From positions 657,083-721,082 of the forward strand of contig NC_068995.1 of NCBI RefSeq assembly GCF_001194135.2: a stretch of DNA of 64,000 bases. The letters are read 5' to 3'. The notes under the pieces are model-generated. The model had not been told where the DNA came from. It searched no databases and saw nothing but the letters and a program-made list of their open reading frames with translations. The stretch's first letter is position 1; each line of letters opens with the position of its first letter. Both the position numbers and the translations under genes were made by a program. This stretch comes from Octopus bimaculoides. Taxonomy: Eukaryota. Of the stretch, positions 1-14,215 are shown one piece after another.

Positions 1-254
1 TGTATGTATATATATATGAATATAAATATATGTATGTATATATATATGAATATAAATATATGTATGTATATATATATGAATATAAATATATGTATATATA
101 TATGCATAAGTATATATGTATATGTGTATATGTATATTTGCATATGTATATGTGTATATATATTTATATATATATATGAATATAAATATATGTATGTATA
201 TATATATGAATATAAATATATGTATGTATATATATATATGAATATAAATATATG

Positions 255-323
<69 letters not shown>

Positions 324-330
324 CTATAAA
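1..330. repeat. 30-bp minisatellite (tgtatgtatatatatatgaatataaatata)n merging into (TA)n
   Basis: Identical units at 1-30 and 31-60, with further near-identical copies to about 260. Confidence 0.9.
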
Positions 331-1905
331 GAAACACCTACCCCCTCGTGAGAGAGAGAGAGAGAGCAAAAAATAAATAGCAAAGCGTTTCCCCGGTAAA
401 CCTTGCCACATATTTGGTAGAAGCGAACTGGGTAGCAGGCTGGTGGAGTGTGCTAAATGTAAATCACATCTGTTTTAGAGTAAGAAATCTGAGAGATAGC
501 TCTTACTCTTCGAGTATTTTCTGGATCGTCTCCAAATGTATGTCTAGGCATGAAGATTTTGGTATATATTCCACTAATTACTTAAGTGGGGGCGGTTTTA
601 ATTCAAATAAATCTCTCTCTATATGCCTGTATGATAATGCGTATATATATATATGCAAGCTCCTTTGTGTGAATGCGGTGCGTGTATATATATATGTGTG
701 TGTGTGTGTGTGTTCATATATCTGTGGATCTGCGTATGTATGTACATATATATATATATATATAAAAACACACACACACACACACTATATGTGTAGGAAT
801 GTATATATGAGTGACTATATTTCCATCTCACGTGTCGTTGTTCTTCCTCTTGGCCATGTTTATTTTGCCGGTTGTAGATGTGTTGCTGCGCGTATATAGA
901 GACACGTCTGTATGTATGTGTTTACATGTTTCTCTGTGTGTGTGTGTGTGTGTGTGTATAATTTTAATCATTTTTTTAATGAAACTAATCATCTTCTTCG
1001 GTACCATACAGGAAATTCTCAGCACCAGAACCACTTTTGTAATGTTCTGCTGATTAAAAAATACATCATTTATTGTACCATATGTATATATATGTATATA
1101 TATATATGTATATATATATATAGTCTGCCACGCCAAATAAAATTCTACTTCCGATAAATATTTGCTCTTCATGTTGTGTTCTTTAATCCCAGGTAAACCC
1201 TGAGACAGCTGGGATGACTTGGGATACAGGGTCAAATGACGTTCCAAGCCCTTTTTTTAATGGGAATCTAGGCTTCATTAACCGAAGTGTCCAGTTTGAT
1301 TTAGTGGACATCATCCGTCGCCCTACCTACCTGCTATAACACCATGTTTTGGCCCTCGTCATAGTCCGCCCTACTGGAAACATTAAGAGCAGGACATTGA
1401 TTTTTAAGAATAATCCATCGCTTATGGTTTATTCACTCCCGCCTCAACGACCCTATTTACTGGTCTCAAAAACCCTACAACGAACCGAAGAAATTCAGAT
1501 TCAGTTGTTAATTCTAGCAGATCGAGTGAGAACAAGAAACTTTTCTTGGACTAGGGTCAAACCTGCACTATCGCCGTAGCTCTCCACGTGGATTTCTCAT
1601 CTCTGTCTAAAACCTGAAACCGGAAATAAATGTCGTTTCTACGGTTCTATGAATAAGGAATTGTTTGAAACAGAAATGTCAGAAATGCATATCTGTCTGG
1701 CACTGCACTTCCTTGGAATACCAGAATGAGCCAAAGATAGTAAGAATGAGTACAAGAATGCGAGTACAACACAGCAAGATTAATAAAGAAAACACTTAAC
1801 AATCAGCGCTTTATTCTATTGTGGACTATGAGATATATATATATAAAGCTTGAAACACGTGTACCGCGGATTCCTTTGTGTTTAGTTTTTATTTTTACGT
1901 TTTTA

Positions 1906-1943
<38 letters not shown>

Positions 1944-2111
1944 TTTATATATATACATAAATATGAGATTTATATATATACATAAATATGATATATACAT
2001 ATATATATATATATATACATATATATATGACATATATTCATATGTATATGATATATGCATATATATATGATATACATATATACATGTATATATGATATAT
2101 ATTTACATATA

Positions 2112-2157
<46 letters not shown>

Positions 2158-2946
2158 GTATATATTGATATACCTTCATTTACACAAACATACACATACT
2201 CGAACTCAAACATATATGTTTGCACACACACACACATACACACACACCTTAACATTCTCAGTTTTCATTATTTTCTTGTTTCCATCTTTCGTGTGCGTTG
2301 ATTTCCTCATTCTGGTTTAAATTAGTTCTCTTTCTCTCTTACTCCCCCTCTCTCTCTTTCTCCCCCTCTCTCTCTTTCTCCCCCCTCTCTCTCTTTCTCC
2401 CCCCTCTCTCTCTCTCACACACATTTACACACGCATGCACTCGCGTGCACACGTACACATTTACATTTACACACACGCATACATACAATGCGAGTGCCTG
2501 CATGTGTAAAGGTAGATATATGTACAAAGCTAATTATGATACACCCTGTGGAGAACGTATGTGCGTTTTCGAGAGGGGAGAGAGAGAGAGTGTGTGTGTG
2601 CGTGTGCGTGTATAAATCCGTATATTTACACATACACACACAGACACGTATGTACACACATGAGCGTCTGGTAAATATTGCTAATAGTTATTGAGGTGAA
2701 GGTTGTATTTTTCTTCCTCTTCCTTTTCCCCCTCACCCGTCTCTCTTTCTCTAACATATCCTTTGAATGCGAATCTTTTTCGGATATGTAGACAGTTCCA
2801 CAGAGATTTTGGTTTGGCATCTGATCCAAGAATTCCATAATTCCGTCAGCTTTTGGCACTTGAGATACACCGAAAGGTTTTGCAATGATGCATAATGTCA
2901 TAGAATCAGGAACATTCTTACACACACATTTTCTAACGTTGGATGC

Positions 2947-2994
<48 letters not shown>

Positions 2995-3363
2995 NNNNNN
3001 NNNNNNNNNNNNNNNNNNNNNNNNNNNNNNNNNNNNNNNNNNNNNNNNNNNNNNNNNNNNNNNNNNNNNNNNNNNNNNNNNNNNNNNNNNNNNNNNNNNN
3101 NNNNNNNNNNNNNNNNNNNNNNNNNNNNNNNNNNNNNNNNNNNNNNNNNNNNNNNNNNNNNNNNNNNNNNNNNNNNNNNNNNNNNNNNNNNNNNNNNNNN
3201 NNNNNNNNNNNNNNNNNNNNNNNNNNNNNNNNNNNNNNNNNNNNNNNNNNNNNNNNNNNNNNNNNNNNNNNNNNNNNNNNNNNNNNNATATATATATATA
3301 TAATAACTACAAGAATATAAAAATACATTTATGTATTTATATATATATATATATGTGTGTGTG

Positions 3364-3410
<47 letters not shown>

Positions 3411-4458
3411 ACACACTATTATATATGTATGTATAGATAATATACATGTATTTGTAAGTAGTATTATATCTGAAAATATGCATGGATCTGTGAATTGTAT
3501 CAGGATTTCTCTATACGAGTATATATGAATGCATGTCGTTTGAAACCTGATCTCATAATTGCGATTCAAATACATTTTAACTGTTCATAACATATTTGTA
3601 CTCCACTGTGTGTATTGAGTACTTTTTTCCTTATTTTTAAACTCGGAGTTTACTAATCACCCTCACGCATTTACATTCGTATATATACGTGTTTTTAAAT
3701 AGATGTATATTTATATATTTGTATGTATGTATGTATGTATGTACGTATGAAGACATGATTCACTTCCCATTCTCTCTTAATCATCATTTCGCATTGTTAT
3801 CCCCTTCAGGCGAATTCAAGAGATTTTTTGCAATTCTGAGATTCTAGCTTATCAAGTTTGCATAACCTTTGCCCTCCCTCAACAGCAGCACCAACCCTTA
3901 CACTAACCCTAACCCCACAATCCACCCAGGCGGTATACCCTATCAGTCGTTATTGGAGGAAAAGATAAGGGGACTGGAATATCGTCGGTCAATCCATAGC
4001 TCCACTCCACTCGAACTGACCTAGGGCTAAACAAATACAATGTGCCACTGTATATATTTGGAGGATATTGACTATCGCTAATACACCGTTGGGTTTGGAC
4101 CTACGATTGCCAGAACCAGCAGCTCAACCAACACTACTACTACTACTACATTTAATAGGATTACATCCGACAATCCCTGATTCTACCACCACCACAACAA
4201 CCACCACCATCACCACCTCCACCACCGCCGCCGCCATTACAATCGACAACACCAACACCAGCACCGGCGTTAATTCCATCTGCCTCGAGTTTTAGCCAAG
4301 GATAACACCAGGATTCGTATAGTATATGGCTATGTGCATGTGTGTATACGTGCTTATGTGTGCGTGTGTCTGTATGTGTGTGTGTGTGTGTGTGTGTGTA
4401 AGATCCACAAGCTGTAACCTGGAAGTGAACCAACATTTTGATGGTTGGCAGCATATCA

Positions 4459-4526
<68 letters not shown>

Positions 4527-5211
4527 GCATGAGGGTTAAAGTCTAGTAATTTGCTAAAGTCCTGCTCCACTATGACCAAAGACACACACATCCACACACT
4601 TCATATATACACCGTACACACACACACACAGAGGCATATAGACGAAAACTCATATATACATACCCATATTTACACTTATACACAAGTGCCCTCGCATAAA
4701 TATATTAGTGCATGTAAATATATATATACACATATACATTAATGTGACTATATATATGTGCGTGTGTGTGTATACATGTACATATATACATGTATACATA
4801 TATTGCACACATATATATGAGTGTAGGAACGTCTATACAAATATGTTATACATATATATTCGTGTGTGTATAGATAGGCTAATCTGTTTTTATCGTCAGT
4901 TATAATACAAACTATTTTACATTAATCCGATGAGTTGCTCTATAGTTTTGTAGAATACAAATTGATTATTCTAAAACAGTGACTTCAAAGTTTTGGCTAG
5001 TGAAGCCACCGTCGGACTGCACTCCGAATGATTCTGTGTATGAATAATATTGTTTCAAGGGTACTTAGTCCAGAAAGAAACTATGTCTGGCCACTTCGGG
5101 TAATGTTATCAAAGATAAGTTTAGGAGTGAATGTATTGTTTTGACCGGAATATAACTTTGTGTGTATGTATATTAAATATATATTTGTATATATGTCTGT
5201 GTGTATGTATG

Positions 5212-5280
<69 letters not shown>

Positions 5281-5559
5281 TACACATCACACGGACATGT
5301 ATGATTTGTTACTATTGAAAATTTACGACTGTTATTCGAAATCTCTCTCTTCTGTTCGTCAGATGAATAGAAAAGTTATTCTAAATGAACGATTTAATTC
5401 TCAGAAACACTGAAGGCTGAGCGTTGATGCCATTTGTCTATTGGCATCACGACGGAATAGCTTTTAACTAAGACACCACTAATATTTTAAACAAGATATT
5501 GTAAGTGAGAGGTGTAACTCTTTAAAACTGGTTCGATTTGTAGCCAAGTGGTTAAAGAT

Positions 5560-5910
5560 TCTGTCACAGAGCACAGCAATTTTGGCAAACGGATTCTACT
5601 CCGGAGTTGATGCTGCCTTGCAAGTGAATTTGGTAACAGCCACAAGGAAGCCCGTCAAATGAGCGTGCGTGTGTATGTGTGTGTATGTGTGTGTATGGTT
5701 GTGTGTGTGTGAGTATTAGCGTTTGACAATCAGCGTTAGTTTGTCTTTGTCTCCGTATCTTAGAGGTTCGTCATTAACAAAGCCAGATAGAATTAGTATC
5801 AGTCTTAAAAATAGATATTAGTACCGATTCGATCAACTAAATTCTTCCAGGCGGTGCCACAGCATGGCCGTAGTCCAATCACTGGAGCCATTAAGATAGC
5901 ATAGAGATAG
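5560..5910 (+). mobile_element. Diverged family A SINE
   Basis: gaagcccgtc..(tg)n..tttgacaatcagcgttagtttg...ggcggtgccacagcatggccgtagtccaatcactgga. Confidence 0.6.
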
Positions 5911-6429
5911 GCCACCAGATAGAACATTATGGCTACCATTAATTCGAACGATAAATGGTAAAAGCGTATTATAAAACTAATACCAAATGACTATATAATA
6001 CATTTATCTGTTATTTGATCCGCTGTTAACAGAGTCTACACACTAATGGTACTGTTGAAAAACTAAAGAATTACACCAAACTTAGCTGTTGAATGAAAAA
6101 CATTATGGTAGCTAAGGAATTTGTCCATTAACCAATTTGTAATTGATACAACTGGAATAATACGCATTCGTTTCTGTGAAGATATGTTACTTATAAGGAT
6201 AGCCAGAGCTCTGTTCCAGGAAATAGTAACATGAGATTCTGTAAATGTTGTCCGTTATGGAATTAAAATACAGAATGGTATGTAAATAATGTGTCCGCCA
6301 TATACCAATCTTTAATTGGTACAGTGGAATGATACCAATCAACTACTTATGTAAATACATAGAAAGGATTATCTCTAAGGACAAACATAGGTGCGTTCGA
6401 GGATATAATAAAATATGATATACCCCATG

Positions 6430-6760
6430 GTGGTGGTGGTGGTGGTGGTGTTTCTCATTTAGGTACAAGACCAGTAATTTAGAGCAAAGGGGAGTTGTTA
6501 CTCGATACCATCGACCGAAATATTTGATTGGTGAGTTATTTTATTGATACTGGAGAGATAGAAGGCAAGGTTGACCGTAGCAGGATTTGAACAGGTTTCC
6601 ACTTTTTGCACAAGGCCAGCAGTTATGAATAAAGGGGTTTGTCGACAATATCGACCCCAGTAATTAACTGGATCCTATTTTCCCCCTCTGCTCCCAGGGA
6701 TAAAAGGTAAAGTTCATCCCTGTAGGATTTGAACTCAGAATGTAAAGAGCCGAAACAAGA
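6430..6760 (-). mobile_element. Two adjacent family B SINE fragments
   Basis: aaggcaaggttgaccgtagcaggatttgaac and aaaggtaaagttcatccctgtaggatttgaactcagaa are reverse complements of the family B core. Confidence 0.6.
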
Positions 6761-6863
6761 ATCTTTGCTTTAAATCTTTTCAGAAACATCAAATAATTTA
6801 AGCCTGATCAATTGATTCTGATCGATGAATAAACTTTTTATTGTTTTTTTTTTTCGTTTTTAG

Positions 6864-6987
6864 GAAGAAATGTCTCAAGATTGCCGAATTTTGGATAAGA
6901 AAGATGGCACCATCTGCCTGGAATACCATCCGACCAATGTTGGTAGACATGAGGTTCTCATGAACTATGAGGGCAATCCTTGTGAAG
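6864..6987 (+). CDS. FLN: Filamin exon, second half of Ig repeat 16 (phase 0 to 1)
   Basis: ttttcgtttttag|GAA GAA ATG...TGT GAA G|gtaagc. Encodes EEMSQDCRILDKKDGTICLEYHPTNVGRHEVLMNYEGNPCE(G), matching the filamin pattern D.KDGT..V.Y.P...G.H......G.....GSP. Splices in frame to 26221. Confidence 0.88.
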
Positions 6988-8448
6988 GTAAGCAGCAATT
7001 CTTCACATACTTCATTCGAACTCCATTCAATATTTCATCCATAACGCCATCTCACGCCTCCACACGACGGAAACGAAATAGTCCTTAAAGAAGCTTAGGG
7101 TTTAGTCAATGGTTTATTTAAGGGTCATGGCCGTTGGTTTCAGTAGCTGATGTAAATCGTTCCACACTATGCTTCTATCTAGGGCATTAATGCCACCACA
7201 CTACTCCCACTTAATCATAATCAACACAAAATTTCTCCGTTGTTTATAGACTCTTGCTAACTCAAGAATTTCCCGAAATAGAAACCAAATCACATTTAAA
7301 TGACTTTTTAAAGAAGGAAATAACAGTGGTGGGTAAATATTTTTTATTTGTGGGATAATAGGACAACCAATGGTTTTATGTGAAGAGATCTTCACAATTG
7401 TTTAAAGTGTCTACGTGGAAGACTTGGTACTCAAGTTTTATGCGTGTGTGTGTGTGGGGTGGGGGGGTACATATATAAACATTATATAAGTATATTCAAG
7501 ATTTTATATGAATGTATGGATAGGTGGCTGGATGCAACCATAATTTACCGAAGAGATCTTTATTAGGAAACCGTTTTTGATATTCGATCCAAATGGGTTT
7601 TATTTCTCGCTCTTTGAACGGAATCTGCAATTTCCATTAAAAAGCCATTTTCCATAGAACTCGTTGATGAACGTGATAACGCTCATTAGCTTCGAGTGTC
7701 AATGTTGTGCATGGAAGAATACGATTGTTCTTGTGGAGGGAGGGGGCATTTTGTTATTGTTGTTGTTTTACCTACGGTTAAGAATTAAAAAATAAAACTG
7801 AAGATGGATAATTGAAATACCTTACAAAAATAACCACTCCTACATTTTCTTTCATCGGCATTAATAATAATAATAATAATGGTAGTAGTAGTGCAGTACC
7901 AGACAGTGGCTTTCATGGCTTCTAATCTTAATTGATTGGAAGTGTTATCCTGTACATTCCACGTGCTTCTGGTGGTTATGTGAGTGGCACTCAGTTTTCA
8001 CCAACAAGCTTGAATTTGCCTCAAGTTAAAAAGTGCACCTCTTGTAGACGTTACTGAAAGTGGTTTATGACCAATCCCTAATCGGTCTTTTGCTATAGGA
8101 AGGAGTGTATCATTGTTTCCAAAGCAGAAAAAGATCCCCACGTACCCACTTCACAGTTATTTTTGGGCTGCACTTTTCTTTTTAGTAGGGAGTTTTTTCC
8201 TTTCCGTTTATATTTTACACCTTCTATCGCTTGTATCTATCTTCCATCCCCGCTTCATCTCTTGCCCCATTTGCCAGACGATGGTCAGGAAATGCTGATG
8301 GAGGAAGTTCCTCGGCGTCGACTCTAGGGCCAATTTCTTCTACCCTCCTCAAAGGAGCCGCAAGTTTTATGAAGGTTGCTCTGGAATAAACGCTTCACTG
8401 AACCTCTACTGATGCTGTTATGATTACCTGCAGGCCCTGCCACTTTCA

Positions 8449-8486
<38 letters not shown>

Positions 8487-9879
8487 ACACACATGCTCTG
8501 TCTTTCTATCTCCTTAAAACAAAAAAGCCCTTGAATCCTCCTGTACATTGTCACATCCCTTATGGTAGGTGTATAACGCACCAGCTCGGCTTCGTTCATT
8601 TATTGGCTACAAGGACAAGTTGTAAAACTCGTTTTCTTATTCTGATTATTTTTTTATTTTTTTGAATTTCTTTGCAAGAAGAAAAAGAGTAGAAATTAAA
8701 AAAAAAGAATCAAACAGCATAAAAATTTGATAAAATAATATAAAGAACAAAAAAAATATCCTAATCAACGTTGGGAAATAATTCGTTTACGATTTACTGC
8801 GTGTAACAAGGTGTTTCATTTAAGAGAATACAAACAAACACCGTTTCCGCTCGAAATGATAGTTACTTCCGGTTTCCGGTATGCAGAAGCCATTATCTTT
8901 TATGACCTCAACCGTTACAATTTTCAAGCTTATTATCATCACCATCATCATTATTTTTGTTGCTGCTTTTTGTCTTGTTAATAATTTTTGCTGAGCAGTG
9001 CTCATTAACATAACAACACACTTCAGATACGCAGTCTTCGTTGCTTTTTTATTGTTGCTGTTGTTCGGTGTACATTTCCCGTTGTCGTTAAAGAGGTATT
9101 AAGATAACATACCACAGGACATCTGATACCTGATCTCTTGAGAACAAACTAATAAATTTGAGGATACATTATCCAGCCAGAATATTAACCGCATTGTCTA
9201 GTTTTCATTTTTGCTTTGCTGGCGATTAAGGTGTTTGGTTCACGATCATGTGGTTGGGGTTTCGATTCTTGGACCAGGTGGAATGTTTTGGCCTTAACAA
9301 GTTACATTCTTTCACGTTCATCCAGTTCATTCAGCTGTAAATGGGAACCAGTGAGGTGCGGGTCCAACTCTTCCTCTCTCGCTTCCTCGATGTTCTGCTG
9401 GGTCAAGAGAGGGCTTGTTCGATCAAATTTTGGGTCGTCTTCGGTATTGGGAATATACAATCATATATACATGCTTACATACAGACGTGTGTGTGGTGGG
9501 GACGTCATTGCTAAAGGAACCATTTTGTCAGTGTTCATCTGGCAGCTAACAATTTAATCTTTATACATGCGTATATTTTTGTGTCTATACATGTATGCAA
9601 GTAAACATTTTATACGTACACCCGTGCACATATGCATAGAGGCATGCATTCATACATGCATACTTGCTAATGAGAGACTGAGAGTCCTCAGATGAAGGGT
9701 ATCCTAGTTACACTTGGCACTTTGCATTAGAGTCTAGAACTGGTGAGATTCTTCGAGAAAGGACATAAAAAAACGATTCTCATCCCTCAGATACAAAACA
9801 CTACAATATGTAAAACATTTCAGGGATTCTCTATTTGAGGTTACTTCTGGGTTGAATTTACGCGCGCGCGCACACACGC

Positions 9880-9914
<35 letters not shown>

Positions 9915-10160
9915 CACACACACACTCTCTCTCTTTAAGCCGCACTCATTTCCAGTTCCCCACTACTAATCCGAAATCGATTTCATGCGAATGCCTGGTG
10001 GAGACTTATAAAGCCTCCACCAGGCAATCATATGATACCAGGCAAAGATACCAGTAATATATTCGGTCTGTCAATTGTATCAAGGTTCTCTTTATTTCAC
10101 TTTCTACTTTGCTTTCACCAACCGGAAGCCATGATGGTGGAGCGATAGGTTGCATGCGTA

Positions 10161-10198
<38 letters not shown>

Positions 10199-10581
10199 AT
10201 GTGTGTNNNNNNNNNNGTGTGTGTGTGTGGGGGGGGGGTCGGTGTGACGGTGTGTCTAAAGGGAGTACGTGTATAGTAAAACCCTGCAAAACTACTTAAA
10301 TAGATTATACATAAGCAGATGTTTTGTATGGCGAGGGTAACATTGATAAGCTATGTTCTAAACACGCCTGTCTTACTATAAATACATTTATCAAAGTCAA
10401 AAAACAGAAAGAAATACAAACATATACACACACACACATTGCATACATACATATAAACTTATACATTCATATATATATATATAATCATATACGCATCTTT
10501 GCGAATGTCTCTGTATGTGTATGCGTACATGTAGATAGGTATTGAAGCTTAAGGCCGGCGAGTGTGTGTGTGTGTCTGTGC

Positions 10582-10613
<32 letters not shown>

Positions 10614-10627
10614 CTGTGCCTCTGTGC

Positions 10628-10658
<31 letters not shown>

Positions 10659-11437
10659 AGTGAGAGTGAGAGAGAGAGCGTGTGCATGATTACGTATATG
10701 TATTTATAAATTCATTATGCACATCAATTGATAATGTGTAGGGTGTGGTGGGTGAGGATAATTGCCGGGGTGTTTGGGTAGTGTGTGAATGGATGAGGGT
10801 TATTTATGTTTAGGTAATCTCACACCCTTTCTTGAACGCATCCACCCTTCAACACCCTACAGCATTTCCATCAAAACCACCTCCACACCCCTGTTTCAAA
10901 CAGGGTCGTTATTTACATACGAAGGGAACTTGGCTGTGGGCCGGGGTGGGAGAGAGTCGGGCTTAGTTTAGCAGGAAGGCGATGATTTAGTATTGCACCC
11001 GTATATGAAATTTTCAATACAACAACAACAAAACACCCAAAAATAAAGAAGAAATGAAGAAACGGGTATGTTTTTATCAGGGTATTCTTTATAATCTAAC
11101 ATAGTGTCGTACAAGATATTATCACATTTGAAACCCGAATCGGTGGAGCAGCGGTGCTATGGTTCCTTGCCTCCGAACAGCCCATAAATGGTATTTAACG
11201 ATTCTATTCGAGACGGGGTGGTGGTAGTGCGGCGGTGGCAGTGGCGGTGGTGGGAAGCAGGGGAGTAAAACCGCTGGGGGTATCCCTTCCCATTATTTTT
11301 AGTACGGAAACCCAGATTGTTATTACCAATTGTGTTGTTAGCAAGTGACTATCTTTTCCTGGAAATCGTCCTTTTCGATATTGACCCTTGGATGTTTACC
11401 AGCACAGCCAAATCCTACGTGAATAAATCTGAGCATT

Positions 11438-11480
<43 letters not shown>

Positions 11481-11569
11481 TAAAGTATGATTTTGCAAAA
11501 CATGATTAACAAAGCTCGGAATAAATACAGGATCATCAAAGACCCCATTAGACATGTATCCACTCAAAA

Positions 11570-11920
11570 TTTGTGGAGTATGGCCCAGTGGTTTGAGACA
11601 GCGGACTCGCGGTCATAGGATCGCGGTTTCGATTCCCAGACCGGGTATTGTGAGTGTTTATTGATTGAAAACGCTTAAAGCTCCACGAGGCTCCCGCAGG
11701 GGGGGGGGGGAGTGGCAAACCCTGCCGTACTCTTTCACCACAACTTTTTCTCACTCTTTCTTCTTGTTTCTGTTGTACCTGTATTTCAAAGGGCCACCCT
11801 TGTCACCCTCTGTGTTACGCTGAATCACCCCGAGAACTACGTTAAGGGTACACGTGCCTGTGGAGTGCTCAGCCACTTGCACGTTGTTTTCACGAGCAAG
11901 CAGTTCCGTTGATCGGATCG
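11570..11920 (+). mobile_element. tRNA-derived SINE of a third family (C); a family A fragment follows on the minus strand to about 12060
   Basis: Head tggcccagtggtttgagacagcggactcgcggtcataggatcgcggtttcgattcccagaccggg with A/B-box-like motifs; a decayed antisense relative lies at about 8300-8420. Confidence 0.7.
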
Positions 11921-13280
11921 ACTGGGACCCTTCTTTCAGTTTCCACAAGGTTTTGGTCGGCGAGGGTTATAGCAGAAGACACTTGCCCAAGGTGCCACGT
12001 AGAGAGACTGAACCTGGAACCTTGTGGACGGGAAGTAAACTTCTTTCCACGCCTCTGCCTCTCTAAATTGACATTACAATTCATTTCTATTTCCATGATA
12101 CATTCTATTAAAAGAATAAACGAGAAAAAAGAATGAGAGACGGGGGGGGGGGATGGAGGGAACGAAACGGAGAGAAAGAGAAACACAACTTTTCTAGATT
12201 CTTCTTTCTGTTTCTTTTAATTTCTCTCTCTGCTGCAGAATAATAATGTTGGTTACGTTCATTTTACTTTACAGGATATGACGAATTTGTTCTTCAGATA
12301 TTTATATTTCACACAAAATGAATACCAGGTCTTCCTACACTTGATAGGGTTTGGGGAAGAGGTCGAGAATACCAAGGGACCTGCCCTGCAGGATAACCTA
12401 ATAGTGAGGTCTCTGCAATAAATTACCTATGTATTAAGACAAAATATATAAATGAAAATTTACTTCAGAAATGAGAAAGAATTACTAAATTGGGGATCAA
12501 CTCTGGTCCAGAAAGGCAGGGGAGACAACCTCGCAATAGGAAACTTATTTATAGTATTTTGCTATATATAAACATCTCCAAACAAAGTCGGAATATTTAA
12601 ACAGGTTTTAACCAGTTAATCCTCTCCTTCTCTCTCAATGACGCACTCTTTTCTATACTCTCTCCTCCCACTCTCGAACCCTTCGTTTTCACTCCCTCCT
12701 CTTCTTTTTTACTCCCTCCTCCTCCTCTTTATCCCTATCAGACCACGTCACAAATCTCACAATGGTTAGCCCTTGTTTTCTTTCACTTGTTTCATTCTCT
12801 ATTCTCACCTTCTCTTCTTCCTTCCTTCTCTCTCTTTCTCGCTCATCCTTTCGCTTTCTCTTTCTCTCTTTCTCATTGACTTCTTCCCTTCTAAACACCT
12901 AAATCTTTTATTTTTCATTCAAGCTTCCCTCATCTCTTCTCTCTCTCTCATTTTATCACACCCTCCTTTTTCCCTTTCTCCCCTCATTCTATCTATCATC
13001 GCTTATTAACCCGGAATCTGTTTTTTTTTCTTGTTCCGTTTTCTTTCTTTTCTTTTCGTTTTTTTTTTCTTTGCTTTTATCAGCCTTCCTTAATTGGCCG
13101 TCATTAATGCTTCGTTCAACTCTTCAAATTCAGTAACCTTATGAAAGATACTGCGACAAATACTACCTTATTATCATAGATAACACACAGCGCACACATA
13201 CACGCATTCATATACGCACACATATACACACTACATATTTACCCATTTCTCCCTCTCTCCCAACTCACTCTCTCTCTCTT

Positions 13281-13315
<35 letters not shown>

Positions 13316-13892
13316 TTTCTCTTTCCCTCTCAACTAATCTTAGTCGAGCCCAAATGGTGTCTGGAAAGAGTATCTAATAACCTATATGATCTTCAATCAC
13401 CAGCAGGAATATTTTAATCTCATCCGGCTATTCTTAGTGTTGTTCTTTTTTTGCTTTAAGTGAATGTGGGATCAGCATTCCTTGGGACCGGACGCTAGCC
13501 GTGTAGATTAAGCAAAATTCATAGACACCCTGCGTAATGAGGATAACCTCAAAGCTCAGTTTTTGTGCGATAGATGGACATGGAGAGATTCTTCTACAGT
13601 CTATTATGTGGCTAAAAGAAAGTTTTTGACTCAGATAGGTAAGTGGGGACATTTTTATAAATGGAATTTGAAGCGTCGAGTGAAATGACATTTTAGAAAT
13701 TAAATCTAGAACGCAGAAGAATTACTATGAAAAGAGCTTAAAGGATCCGTTTATAAAGGTATTTTTACCTCTAAGCTGTTTTCACAGCAGTCTTCCTGAG
13801 TTTGAGATTTCCCTCATTTCTAAAATATCAATTAGGCAACGGGTTTTACGTGTCGAAAACGTATATTCATATAAGAAAAATCTATTTCATAA

Positions 13893-14054
13893 GTTATGGT
13901 GGAAGTTTCGGTTATACTGTTAGGAAACTTTGTAACCGCATGGCTTCGGGTTCAGACCCACACCTGAGCACCTTGGACAATTGTCTTCTACTGTAGCCCC
14001 GGGCCGACCAATGCCTCATGAGTGAATTTGATAGACAGAAACTGCGTGCACGCC

Positions 14055-14113
<59 letters not shown>

Positions 14114-14215
14114 CTTTGTCTGTGTCTGTCCTTTCTCACTGCTTGACAACCGGTGCTGGTTTGTTTACGTCTGCGTAACTTACCGGTTCAGAATAAGTAC
14201 CAGACTTTAAAAAAA
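13893..14215 (+). mobile_element. Family A SINE
   Basis: ccgcatggcttcgggttcagacccac...caccttggacaattgtcttctactgtagcccc...gcttgacaaccggtgctggtttgtttacgtc. Confidence 0.75.

Noticed and set aside
2626-2925. Minus-strand 99-aa ORF with a non-repetitive middle
   Set aside because: No recognisable domain or convincing splice signals; the basic tail derives from a TC-rich tract.
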